DNA of 64,000 nucleotides from Vicinamibacterales bacterium (GTDB taxonomy: Bacteria; Acidobacteriota; Vicinamibacteria; Vicinamibacterales; UBA823): NCBI GenBank assembly GCA_965197385.1, contig CBDANA010000007.1:1736-65735 (forward strand), in the 5' to 3' direction. The notes beneath the pieces are model-generated. The model was not told the DNA's origin. It ran no database searches and worked only from the letters and a program-made list of their open reading frames with translations. Shown here in pieces: positions 10,216 to 20,920 of this stretch (its first letter is position 1; the number at the start of each line of letters is the position of its first letter). Made by a program: the position numbers and the translations under genes.

Positions 10216-10630
10216 GCTGGCCTCCCTGCTTTGTCGTGATTGCACGGAGACTATGCAGAGATGGGGTGAGGGCGCCCTTCCTGTCATCTCCATATCCTCG
10301 ATAACGGCCCGGAGTTCATCGCGACCGCTTTGCTCCGTTGGCTGCAGACTGCGAAGATCGACACGGCGTTCATCGATCCGGGCAAGCCCTGGCAGAATGG
10401 CACGGACGAATCGTTCAACGGGAAGTTCCGGAACGAATGCCTGTCCCTCGAGTGGTTTCGGAACCGGATGGAGGCCAAGATCGGGATCGAACGCTGGCGG
10501 CGGCACTACAACGAAGAGCGCCCCCTCATGAGTCTCGGCGACCTCACCCCCGCCGAGTTCAAGGCGCAGATAGAGACGACTCACAGGTGGTTAGGAGAGA
10601 GCCCAACGAGCGTCATTCTCCAGTAATCAC

Positions 10631-11564
10631 CCAGTATGCGCGGAGTCTGGAACCGCTCGGCGCCGACGTCACCACGCGGGGCACGAGCAAGAGTGCGGTC
10701 AGTCGACGCTTTGTCGCGCAAACCCAGGCGCAGCTGGATGCGTGGCGGGCGACGCCGCTCGACGCGCTGGACCTGGTGGGGCTGCTGATTGATGGCGTGC
10801 ACGTGGGTGGACACTGTATCGTTGTCGCCCTAGGCATCGATAAAATGGGCGCGAAACACCCGCTCGGCCTGTGGGAAGGGGCCACGGAGAACGCGACGGT
10901 CTGTCAGGGGCTCTTGACCAATCTCGGCAGCCGCGGGCTGCGCACCGACCGGAGCCTGCTGGTGATCGTCGATGGCGCGAAGGCCCTCGACACGGCCGTG
11001 ACCCAGACATTTGGGCGCGCCGCGCTGGTGCAGCGGTGTCAGGTCCATAAGGGCCGGAACATCTTGGAGCATCTCCCTGAGGCACAGCGGCCGGGGGTGA
11101 AGGCGGTCCTCACGCGCGCCTACACGAACAGCCCCGTCAAGACGGCCAAGCGTCTGCTGCAGGACCTGGCGCGGCGCTTGGACACTGACTACCCGAGTGC
11201 GGCCACGAGCGTGCGGGAAGGGCTCGACGAGACGCTGACCGTGCTCGGCTTGGGTCTGTCGGAGCGTCTCCAACGATCGCTCGCCACCACAAACGCCATC
11301 GAGAGTCTCCTCAGCCGAACGCGCCATGTGCAGCGCCATGTGAAACGCTGGCGCGGCGGGACGATGGTGCTGCGCTGGGTGGCCGCCGGGGTGCTCGAAG
11401 CGGCGAAGGGGTTCCGTCGGGTGCAAGGATGTCAAGATATGCCCGCGCTGGTCGCTGCCCTCCTGGCACGCGACGCGCGGTTAGGACTCGGGGAGTCGTC
11501 AGAGATGGTTGCGTAGTCGTGAACCAAGCTGCCGCTGAGTTTCAACAGCGCACGGGACATCCCC
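10631..11564 (+). mobile_element. IS256-family element, 5'-truncated copy
   Basis: Near-identical to the 3' part of 16996-18429; right IR GGGACATCCCC. Confidence 0.92.
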
Positions 11565-12014
11565 CATCAGATGCAACAGACTCAGGGTAAGCCGTCACGC
11601 GCACGCGCAGTGCATCATGTCCGGTCAACAGCCGCAGCCAATCAGTTCCAACGCTGACAAGCATCGAATCGCGGTCGTCGAATTGATGCTCGACGATGTC
11701 GCCATCGTCCCAAATGCTCTGGATTTTGCCGTTATCGAAAATTTCCGTACTGTTCCTAAACAGGACGGACAGAGATCCGCAGTTTGCGACTATGAACAAT
11801 AGGCCTTCCCCCCCCACCCCACAACGTATCGGCGCGTTGTACGGGTGAATGAGTCCTCTTCGTCGTGGATACTCCAGTCCGAAGACGTATCCTCAGAAAA
11901 CCGTTCTACCAGGGCCTGAACATCACGCATCCGATCGTAATCTACTTGTGCGAACCCTGGGCTAACCACAGTCGCGAGCATTGCGGTCATCACGAGCGTT
12001 GTGATTTTCACCAT
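11565..12014 (-). pseudogene. Secreted hypothetical protein, frameshifted and cut by IS256
   Basis: Signal peptide MVKITTLVMTAMLATVVSPGFA; frameshift in the C run near 11810. Confidence 0.5.
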
Positions 12015-12104
12015 GCACCTTCTCCCACTTCGCCGATCTTGGCGGTGGCCTCATAAACACCGAGCCGGGTACTGGGGGGCAGGGGCACCACGCAAAGCTG
12101 ATCC

Positions 12105-12215
12105 TACCACTGGCCTTGCTCCGCGGCTTTGCGGAACCACGCCGACGCTTCCACATCGTCCTGCGGCACGCCCTCGCCGTTGGCGTACAGCACGCCAAAG
12201 GCGTACTGCGCCTGT
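12105..12215 (-). pseudogene. Sel1-repeat fragment
   Basis: QAQYAFGVLYANGEGVPQDDVEASAWFRKAAEQG. Confidence 0.8.
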
Positions 12216-12397
12216 CAAGAACTCGTCCAGCAGCGGCAGCCATAAGCCCAATCGCTGGAACTCAACGCCATGGCCCCTCCTCCCGTGTACGCGGTGCCTC
12301 GTGCCTCGAAGAAAACCCGTCCCTGGTCCTTGGTCGGTCTGTTAAGCCTTGAGACCTGAGTCTTGAGTCTCGAGACAGACCGCCGCCGGGAAGCTTC

Positions 12398-13774
12398 TCA
12401 TGCCCCGGCGACGGTTCTGTAGCCCTCCGTGAAGAACTCGCGCAGGTTGCGCGCCACGAGCACCTCTTCCCCGTCGCGCATACAGCGCGTCTGGATCCGC
12501 CGGCTGGCGTTGATGCTGGACAGCGCAACGCGGCGCTCGGATCGACGCCGCAAATGCTCCCGCACCTCGACATGGGTCATCGGAATCACAGCCTGATCCC
12601 AGTCGATCTCAATGTAGGGTGCCTCTTCGCCTTCTCCCTTCACCTCGGCCGTGAAGCCGTCGATGCCTTGCAGCTGCGCCGCAAGGTAATCGACCTTCTG
12701 CCGCCACTCCGCCCGCCTCGCCGCATGATCGAGCTGCTCGTAGCGATTGAGCGCGACGATGAGGCCGATGATTTCTTCTTTGCCGACCTTCATGCCGCGG
12801 CCGATGAGATCGTTGGGGGATGTCTGCATTCTCGCCGCCTCGATCAAGTCTGCGCGGCCGGAAAGGATGCCGGTTGATTGCGGGCCGCGCAGCCCCTTGC
12901 CGCCCGATACCACCACAAGATCGGCACCGAGCTCGTTGAAGATCGTGAGGTTGCCGGACGGTGGCATGCGCGATGCGCCATCGATCATGACGCTCACGCC
13001 GGCCTGCCTGCCGATCTCGATCAACTCTTCGGGCTGCAGCACCTCAGCCTCCATCGTCCGGCCGAGCGCCACGTGGCGCGGCAGACCGAACAGCATGGCG
13101 GTGTTCTCACCGAGCGCATTCGTCAGCTCCTCACGTCCTGCCACCTCGATCATCGTCATTCCCGCGGCCCGCAGTGCGAAGTCGTACGCATAGCGATGCG
13201 CCTTCTGGATGACGCACTCGCGCTTAGGCCACGTCGGGTTCGGCAGGGCGCGCATCTTCTCTTCGTCCGTACCGGTCAGACAGGCCGCGGCGCCGAGCAG
13301 CAACCCCCCAGAGGCGCCGGACGTGATGATCGCGGCTTCCGCCTTCACGACTTCGGCGGCGCGCTTGCCGGCGGCGACCATCAGCTCGTCGATCAGGACG
13401 AAGTAGTCGTTCGCCTCCTGCATCGCCTCGATGACCTCGGCCGGCATCCGTGAGCCACCGAGCGCCGTTGCGTGGCCGTGTGCGGGCAGATGCGCTTTGA
13501 TACCGAGCAAGCGTGTGTAGATGTTGTCCTGCTCGACCTTCCGTTCGATCTCGGCCGCGAGCGTCTCGAGGTCGGGCGCGGGTCCCGCTTCCGCCCCCGT
13601 CCCTGTCGAGGTTCCACCGCACGCGCCGGCCACGCCAGCTGCCACAGTAGCGCCGATGAACTGACGACGGCTCCAGGCCGTAGGGTTCAGTGGGTCAGGT
13701 GGGCCGACTGGGTTGGATGGGTCGAGCGGGTTGGATAGGTCGAGTGTGGTCGAGCGCCGTTGTTCATTCGCCAT
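12398..13774 (-). CDS. SelA-like PLP-dependent enzyme with Tat signal
   Basis: SRRQFIG Tat motif; SGGKGLRGPQSTG PLP-lysine motif; IGRGMKVGKEEI. Confidence 0.85.
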   Translation of the reverse strand: MANEQRRSTTLDLSNPLDPSNPVGPPDPLNPTAWSRRQFIGATVAAGVAGACGGTSTGTGAEAGPAPDLETLAAEIERKVEQDNIYTRLLGIKAHLPAHGHATALGGSRMPAEVIEAMQEANDYFVLIDELMVAAGKRAAEVVKAEAAIITSGASGGLLLGAAACLTGTDEEKMRALPNPTWPKRECVIQKAHRYAYDFALRAAGMTMIEVAGREELTNALGENTAMLFGLPRHVALGRTMEAEVLQPEELIEIGRQAGVSVMIDGASRMPPSGNLTIFNELGADLVVVSGGKGLRGPQSTGILSGRADLIEAARMQTSPNDLIGRGMKVGKEEIIGLIVALNRYEQLDHAARRAEWRQKVDYLAAQLQGIDGFTAEVKGEGEEAPYIEIDWDQAVIPMTHVEVREHLRRRSERRVALSSINASRRIQTRCMRDGEEVLVARNLREFFTEGYRTVAGA

Positions 13775-13887
13775 CGGTCCTCCCTCAGGTCATTCGGAAG
13801 GGACATCATAGCCTCAAAACCGGGGATCGGGGACCCCTCCGAAGTGAGCCGCTGGCGGGCAGGGGGTGCAATGCGGGGGCTTACGGC

Positions 13888-15870
13888 TCACGCGGGTGTG
13901 CGCGACGTCAGAACTTTGTGCGACGTTTGTGCGACTTTTCCCGAAAATCCTTGCCGCTGATGAGTTTCCATGCGCGTCAGTGCGTCCGCTAACCGGTGCG
14001 ATGACGACTGTAAGTAGCGGGAAGTGGTGGTGATGTTCGCGTGACCGAGGAAGTCCCGTACGTCATGAAGCCCCGACCCGGATTCCAACAGCCGACAACC
14101 AAACTCGTGTCGCAGATCATTGAGATGCAGATCGGCGATGCCCGCACGGCGGCAGGTGGCCTTCCACGCGGTCTTAACCGGGATTTTCATTTTGCCTGTC
14201 CCGGAAGGCACCGTTATACACCCGACCGCCGCCGCGCGCACGAATTTCTGTTCGTCGCACAATCGTCCAGCTCCAGAGACTGTCACTCAGCCCGCGCTGA
14301 CGTGCGACCGACTGGAGCCGCTGTTTTCAGGGCATTTCTCAGACACTGGTCCACACGTGCGCCGTTTCTTCGTCGGAGTTCCTCGGGAAGCGGCCGCCCG
14401 CTATCCTCCCGGCACGGGCAGCGCCCAGATCCTCCGCAGTATGTCGCCGAACAGCCGACGGGTCAGATGCCCTTCTGCCAGCAGGAGTCAGTAGTCCCTG
14501 GCATGCTTCACCAGCCGGCCTCCGGTTTTCACCAGCCGCTGCTGGAGACTCGTGAGCGACCAGCGCGTGACCCGCGGCGGCAGGACCCATCTGCGCCAGA
14601 GGTTGCCCAGGTTGTAGGCCAGGACACTCAGTTGCAGGCGCACTTCGTTCGCCCGGAACCGAGGGCACGACAGCCGCGTCCAGTGGGTGGCCTGCTTGCC
14701 TTCCTTGATCCATTGCTCCGCCGTGCCGCGCTTGTTGTAGAACCGTACGACCGAGCGGCTCGGGAGGGCCATCTTGGTCACGATGAAGCCGACGCGCGGG
14801 AACAGCTCCCCTCGGTGGTGCTCCACCTTGGCGACAATCCGTCTGGGCGTGGTCCAGCTCTTCGCCTGATAGCGGAAACTCTTGTAGCGCACCAAGGGCT
14901 TGCGGCTCGGCCGTCCCGGCGGACGAAAGAGGAGGGCTTCGATTTCCAGCTCCACGCTCTTGTTCGCCGGCATGCGGATGACATAGTCCACGTCGCGCGT
15001 CTCGAGCGCGTCGTAGATCTCCGGCTTGGCAAACGCCGCGTCCGCGCGGAACGCCACGCGCGTACCCTCCGCCTGCTGCCGGTCAATTTCCGGCACGAGC
15101 AGGTCGTCCCAATCGTCGGCGCTATGCACGTTGCCGGGCCGCAGCGGGGCGGCCACGCAGTCGCCGTGCTCGTTGAACAGAAACAGCGGGTGGTAACAGA
15201 CTGATTCAAAGTGCCCGTTGTACGCGCTCCCTTCCTGCGCCCCATGCACCGGGCTCTCACTCGAATCCATGTCGAGCACAATCCGGCCGGCGCGCGTTGG
15301 CATCTCAGCCTGTGCGAGCACCTCCCGGTTCACGGCCATCAGCCCGACGAGCTTCTCCTCTCGGGTCAGCAGCTCGGTCTCGAACCAGTGCAGCATCGAG
15401 GCCAGCGCGCCACCGCGGTCCCAGAGCGTTGGCGCCCCGATGAGACGAAACGTCGGGTCCGCCGACACGCGCACCGCATCGTTCAGGTCTTCGTAGCCCG
15501 CGAGCCGACTGTAGACCGACTGTCGCAGGAGATCCGCCAGGCTGAACTGGGTGTGCAAGCCCTGTCGGGAGTCGCTCAGGTGCTCGGCGATGAGTGTCGC
15601 CAGCCCCAGGCGTTCATCCAACTCGCGCACCAGAAGGAGACCGGCGTCGGAGGTGATGCGCGACCCCTGGAATGCGACCTTCAGAAAGCCATTGAACGTG
15701 AACTGAAACGCCTCGTGCTGTCATTCACCCACAGGGTGTCACCCTCCGTGGCGGGGTTCCTTGCGTCGGAGCCCCGGAAATCAAGGCGCGGCGACTGGTC
15801 TGCCGATGCGGTACCACAGCCAAATCGGAAATCCGGGCTTAACCGACTTGATTGGCTCCCCCAGCGTCTC
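13888..15870 (-). pseudogene. Tyrosine integrase C-terminal remnant split by IS1380
   Basis: LGEPIKSVK|TAWK...DLRHEFG...LGHANITTTSRY rejoins across the IS. Confidence 0.85.
14178..15837 (-). mobile_element. IS1380-family element; transposase has nonsense codons
   Basis: CC(G/C)GGATTT IRs; 5-bp TSD CTTAA at 14173-14177 and 15838-15842; TGA at 15721 and 14488; LDMDSS, RADAAF, YNKRGTAEQWIKEGK. Confidence 0.92.
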
Positions 15871-15917
15871 TAGCCTATCGCGGCGCGGCGGCTCACCATT
15901 TTTCCTAAGAAAACTGC

Positions 15918-15949
15918 AAAAAGAAGACGGTGCGTGACCGCGCACCGTC
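15918..15949 (-). terminator. Intrinsic terminator
   Basis: 9-bp stem gacggtgcg/cgcaccgtc followed by a U-rich tract on the minus strand. Confidence 0.6.
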
Positions 15950-16218
15950 CCTCTCAGACCGATTTGTGCTAATGATGTGCTAATTCACCAAGAAAACTCA
16001 GCGCGTCGCGGCTATCCGAGGCCGCAGTCCAGCCACGCAGCGCCCCGGCCACGATCCCGCCTGCGGCCAGACCCATCGCTCCAGCCACGATGATGTCCCC
16101 GGACCGCCACTTGGCTGACGGGCGGGGAATTCGGCCTTGAAACTCTGCTCTCCTCCCGAGGTATGCTCTTGTTCATTCGGACGCAAATCGCCCGTTCTTT
16201 GCGAGCCAGGGGGGAATC

Positions 16219-18527
16219 ATGCAGCATGCTTGCCGGTATCTTCAGTTCTTCACGATCGGTCTCATTCTGACGTCTGCAGCCTCGGCTTGTGCCCAGCCAT
16301 TTACGCCGGAACAGAACGCCGCACTTGATGCGGCGATCGCTGAACTCGACGCACAGATCGCCACTGCGGAACAGGAATCGGCGCTGTACGCGGGCGGTCT
16401 CGTGAAGACCCTCGTCGAACTACGGCTCGCCACCTTGCGGCAGACTGGGGCCATACTGAACCAACGAAAGCAGGCCGACACCTACGGAATCACGGTGACC
16501 TACACGGTCGATGGCTCCACATTCTCACCGGGCACGGGGGATCAGATCGCAGCCCTTGAGGCGGAGATTGCCGTGCTTGAGAAGAACATCATCGCCCAGC
16601 AGGCTGAAGCAGACCGATACGCAGGCGGTTTGGTCCAGGCGATGGCGCTGTCAACCGTGGCCACGAGCCGCCAGTCTCTTGTCATGCTGCAGCAGCAGCG
16701 GCTGGCCCTCACATACGGTCTCCCACAGTATGTGGGCGCGGCCAGTGCCGAAGCGTCGAGCGTCCCAGCGACCGCTCCGGCAGCCGCACCGGACGAGGCC
16801 TCCTCGGTGGAGATCGTTAGCATCGACGCCCGCGTCACTGAGTCCAACAGCACATGGTCGCGATTTGCTTGGATTCTCAAGATCCGGAATTCGTCGAATC
16901 AGCCACGACAGTTCAACGCCACGATCGAGTTCCAAGACGCCGATGGCTTCGTCATCGACACGGACGATGAGTACGGCCTGGTGGTAGCTGCCGAGGGGGA
17001 TGTCCCAGTAGCTGTTGAAATTTGAAGCGGCGGCTCTTCACTGGTCGTGCTATACAACCGGTGACGAAACCGAGGTGCAAGCCTCCCAGTAAGGAGCCGC
17101 CATGAAGAAGCAGTCTCGCACAGTCCCTCGCCGTCGCCAATCGGTATCCCCGACGCCACGGCACCTTCCGTTGGTCGATATCCTCATTGATACGCAGGCC
17201 GCGCTCCAGGAGCGGGTCGTCGCGTCTGGCCTGAAGGTACTCGAAGCCATGCTGGAAGAGGATCGGGCCGCCGTCTGTGGGCCACGGTATGCGCATCAAC
17301 CTGCGCGCCAGGCGTATCGAACGGGGCATACGCCGAGTCAGGTCGTGCTGGGCGGGCGGAAGGTGGCGATTCGTCGGCCCCGTGCGCGGCGCGCCGGCGA
17401 GGAGGTTCCGTTGCCAACGGCCCGGGCATTCGCGAATGCGGACCCGCTGAACCGGCGCGTGGTCGACCAGATGCTGATCGGTGTGGCGACCCGCCAGTAT
17501 GCGCGGAGTCTGGAACCGCTCGGCGCCGACGTCACCACGCGGGGCACGAGCAAGAGTGCGGTCAGTCGACGCTTTGTCGCGCAAACCCAGGCGCAGCTGG
17601 ATGCGTGGCGGGCGACGCCGCTCGACGCGCTGGACCTGGTGGGGCTGCTGATTGATGGCGTGCACGTGGGTGGACACTGTATCGTTGTCGCCCTAGGCAT
17701 CGATAAAATGGGCGCGAAACACCCGCTCGGCCTGTGGGAAGGGGCCACGGAGAACGCGACGGTCTGTCAGGGGCTCTTGACCAATCTCGGCAGCCGCGGG
17801 CTGCGCACCGACCGGAGCCTGCTGGTGATCGTCGATGGCGCGAAGGCCCTCGACACGGCCGTGACCCAGACATTTGGGCGCGCCGCGCTGGTGCAGCGGT
17901 GTCAGGTCCATAAGGGCCGGAACATCTTGGAGCATCTCCCTGAGGCACAGCGGCCGGGGGTGAAGGCGGTCCTCACGCGCGCCTACACGAACAGCCCCGT
18001 CAAGACGGCCAAGCGTCTGCTGCAGGACCTGGCGCGGCGCTTGGACACTGACTTACCCGAGTGCGGCCACGAGCGTGCGGGAAGGGCTCGACGAGACGCT
18101 GACCGTGCTCGGCTTGGGTCTGTCGGAGCGTCTCCAACGATCGCTCGCCACCACAAACGCCATCGAGAGTCTCCTCAGCCGAACGCGCCATGTGCAGCGC
18201 CATGTGAAACGCTGGCGCGGCGGGACGATGGTGCTGCGCTGGGTGGCCGCCGGGGTGCTCGAAGCGGCGAAGGGGGTTCCGTCGGGTGCAAGGATGTCAA
18301 GATATGCCCGCGCTGGTCGCTGCCCTCCTGGCACGCGACGCGCGGTTAGGACTCGGGGAGTCGTCAGAGATGGTTGCGTAGTCGTGAACCAAGCTGCCGC
18401 TGAGTTTCAACAGCGCACGGGACATCCCCCTGCCGAGTCAGAGGACACGTTCACAGGAGCGACCCTCATCGATGCCTCGGTTGCTGGGAATGTGGCCCGG
18501 TTTGTCGCCGAGGCCAGCCTTCGCTAA
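16219..18527 (+). pseudogene. Secreted hypothetical protein with duplicated YAGGLV coiled-coil repeat, interrupted by IS256
   Basis: Frame rejoins as GLVVAAE|SEDTFTG...SLR* after removing the IS. Confidence 0.8.
16996..18429 (+). mobile_element. IS256-family element, full length; transposase frameshifted
   Basis: IRs GGGGATGTCCC/GGGACATCCCC; 8-bp TSD CTGCCGAG; +1 bases near 18053 and 18272 relative to the other copy. Confidence 0.95.
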
Positions 18528-18659
18528 CACCTCGGTCCTACCGTTCCTGCTCTCCTCCGTCCGCCCTTCACACAGCCGCAGTATCCGGGCCAGAGGATTC
18601 GTCGGTCTGTGCGGCTACTACAGCTACCCGACGGGTTTTCTCTTACAAGGAACGTTTGG

Positions 18660-18927
18660 TCCAGACTACGAGGACGAAGGTATTCGACATGCCGTGGAAG
18701 TGAAGGGCACCAGAGGCAGCTACTTTTCGGCGATTGAACTGACGATTAACGAATGGCGAGCGGCTGAGAAGCTGGGGGAACGATTCTGGCTTTACCTCGT
18801 CGCGAACTGCGAGGTGCCAAACCCTTGTGTGCAAGTGATACGCAATCCTTCCGCCTTGAGAGACGCCGGGCGGGCCGATGTGTCGCCACTCTTGCTTCGG
18901 TTTGAGCTGCGCCCGAGGGACGATTAA
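18660..18927 (+). pseudogene. DUF3883 (NO VEIN C-terminal) nuclease-like fragment
   Basis: VEVKGT...IELTINEWRAA...FWLYLV. Confidence 0.7.
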
Positions 18928-19032
18928 CCTCCCGGTTCTCTTCACCATCGCCCGCTTCGGTAGCAGCCACTATTCACAGCCGCGCTAACCTCCGTCCCCT
19001 TCACTTAATGGAGAAGACGATGAGCGTTCTAG

Positions 19033-20056
19033 CAGGCTGCTGAAAAAGTCCGTGCAGGTGCTGTACACGATCCGGAGCGAACGGCTGCTGCTGGAAGAGC
19101 TCAACGACAACCTGCTGTTCCGCTGGTTTGTCGGCTTGCATATGGACGACCCGGTCTGGCATCCCACGACGTTTACCAAGAATCGTGACCGGCTGCTGGC
19201 GGGGGATGGCGCGGCCGCCTTCGTTGATGCGGTCCAAGCCCACGCCCGGGCGGCCGGTCTGCTCTCGGACGAGCATTTCACGGTGGACGGGACGCAGTTG
19301 GAAGCCTGGGCCAGCCTGAAGAGCTTCCGATGCCGGGACGCCGCGCCGCGCGCGCCCCCCGATGACCCCGGGAATCCCACGGTCGACTTCCACGGCGAGC
19401 GGCGGCGCAACGACACGCACCAGTCGACGACTGATCCGGCGGCGATGCTGCATCGGAAGGGCCAAGGGAAGGAGGCGAAGCTGGCGTCTCTGGGCCACGT
19501 GCTGTTGGATAATCGGCAGGGGCTCGTCGCCAACGTCTGTGCGACCCACGCGACGGGGACCGCCGAACGCGAGGCGGCGGCACTGTTGCTGGAGGCCAGC
19601 GCGCCGCCGGGCAGCACGGTCGGAGCAGACAAGGGCTACGATGTGGCGAGCTTCGTCGCCGATGTCCGCGTCCGGGACGTCACGCCCCACGTGGCGCAGA
19701 AGGTCCGCTGGCGGGCGATTGATGGTCGGCCCACCCGGCATGCGGGTTCTCACGTGAGTCAGCGGAAACGAAAACTCGTGGAACAGGTCTTTGGGTGGAG
19801 GCAGACCGTCGGTGGTTTGCGCAAGCTCCGGCCTCGCGGCGTCCCACTCGTCGAGTGGCAGCTCACTTTCGCCGCCACGGCCTATAACTTGGTCCGCCTG
19901 CGGAATCTGGAGGCGACGTGTCCCTGCTCGCCGGCCGCGCGTGTCGCCGGCCCCCTCATCGGGGTCAGCGCACACCCGTGCGCACGGTCGTCGGGCGGTC
20001 GTCACCCGCATGATGCTTAAGAAAACAGCCCGATACCCGGGTTCTTCCGCAGCCTG
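19033..20056 (+). mobile_element. IS5-family element with 271-bp 5' internal deletion
   Basis: CTAG flanks; matches 25016-26310 minus 25038-25308. Confidence 0.93.
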
Positions 20057-20167
20057 CTAGAAGGAAATAACGACAGCCCGAGGTTCCGCCTGGGGTTATC
20101 GCGGCGGGCGCGCCAACTGTCAACATCGAAAGTGTCGCATCGAAAGTGTCGCTGCCACCGGCAGCGG

Positions 20168-20398
20168 TCAGACTGCTCAGGTGCCTCCGAACCCAATCGT
20201 GACGCGGTCGCCTTCGACGATCACCGGCACGTCGCGCTGCTCCTTGGAGTACGCCAGCATGCGCTCGAGCCCTTGCGGGTCGCGCTTGACATTGACGTAT
20301 TCGACCCTGACATTCCGTTTGGCGAAATCCTCACGGGCCGCCGTCGTGTAGGGTCAGGTGTCCTTGCCGAAGATGTACACCGTCGCTGGGTTCGTCAT
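20168..20398 (-). CDS. Glutaredoxin-like UXX-star-type selenoprotein (two putative Sec)
   Basis: MTNPATVYIFGKDT-UGA-PYT...VPVIVEGDRVTIGFGGT-UGA-AV-stop; hairpins after both UGAs. Confidence 0.85.
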
Positions 20399-20862
20399 CA
20401 GGAATCGTCCTCCACGGTCGTGGCTCGGCCGCCCGAGCTGTCCTCGAGCACGGCGCGCAAAGCCTCAGGAATCGGCACGGATCGTCCCGCCTCGAAGTCA
20501 TAGGTCACCTGCACGGACTTGGCCGTCGCGATGAGCCGCTGGCTAGCTGCGTCGACAACCTCGTACTCGTAGGTGAAGCTCGACCGCCCGATCGGTCCGA
20601 CGCGCATCTTGACGTCGAGCACGTCGCCGTACCGCGCCGGCGCGCGAAAGTCGCATTCAGCACGCGCCAGAATCGTTCCCGGCTGCCAGGGCACCTCGGC
20701 GTCCTTGTCCCAGCCGCGCTCGCGAAGTCGTGCCTGGAGGTGACGGAAGAACGCCCAGCGCGCTTCCTCGAAGTAGGTGAAGTAGACGGCGTTGTTCACG
20801 TGACCCAACTCGTCGCAGTCACGGAAGCGAACGTCGATCGAATGATGAAAGCCGAAGCTCAT
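20398..20862 (-). CDS. Acyl-CoA thioesterase (YbgC/FadM, 4HBT family)
   Basis: VRFRDCDELGHVNNAVYFTYFEEAR. Confidence 0.92.
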   Translation of the reverse strand: MSFGFHHSIDVRFRDCDELGHVNNAVYFTYFEEARWAFFRHLQARLRERGWDKDAEVPWQPGTILARAECDFRAPARYGDVLDVKMRVGPIGRSSFTYEYEVVDAASQRLIATAKSVQVTYDFEAGRSVPIPEALRAVLEDSSGGRATTVEDDS

Positions 20863-20920
20863 GGTCACTGTCTCAGAGAAAAAGTTGACGCGGCGTCGCG
20901 CCGCCCGATTATTATACGGC

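Larger units (their letters stand above)
8733..10298 (-). mobile_element. IS110-family element with long 3' non-coding end (IS1111-like layout)
   Basis: Removing it and one CG restores IS3 RYLRSDNGP; CG core at 8731-8732 and 10299-10300. Confidence 0.93.
7864..10630 (+). mobile_element. IS3-family element, interrupted by IS110 and lacking its outer right IR
   Basis: Left end TGACCTG..., orfA MKKTRFTDEQ at 7933, A-run frameshift site near 8184, orfB WAYDFV...LRS|DNGPEF...WQNGTDESFNG. Confidence 0.9.

Noticed and set aside
8959-10584. 541-aa IS110 ORF as listed in the track
   Set aside because: The first ~120 codons are antisense IS3 and non-coding end; the real start is the ATG at 10215 with an RBS.
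12398-13774. True selenocysteine synthase selA serving the nearby selenoprotein
   Set aside because: The Tat signal and motif pattern fit SelA-like paralogues; no selB/selC/selD in the window.
13793-13891. Riboswitch upstream of the SelA-like gene
   Set aside because: Two loose inverted repeats but no known aptamer motif, and a TATGAT -10 box lies downstream of most of it.
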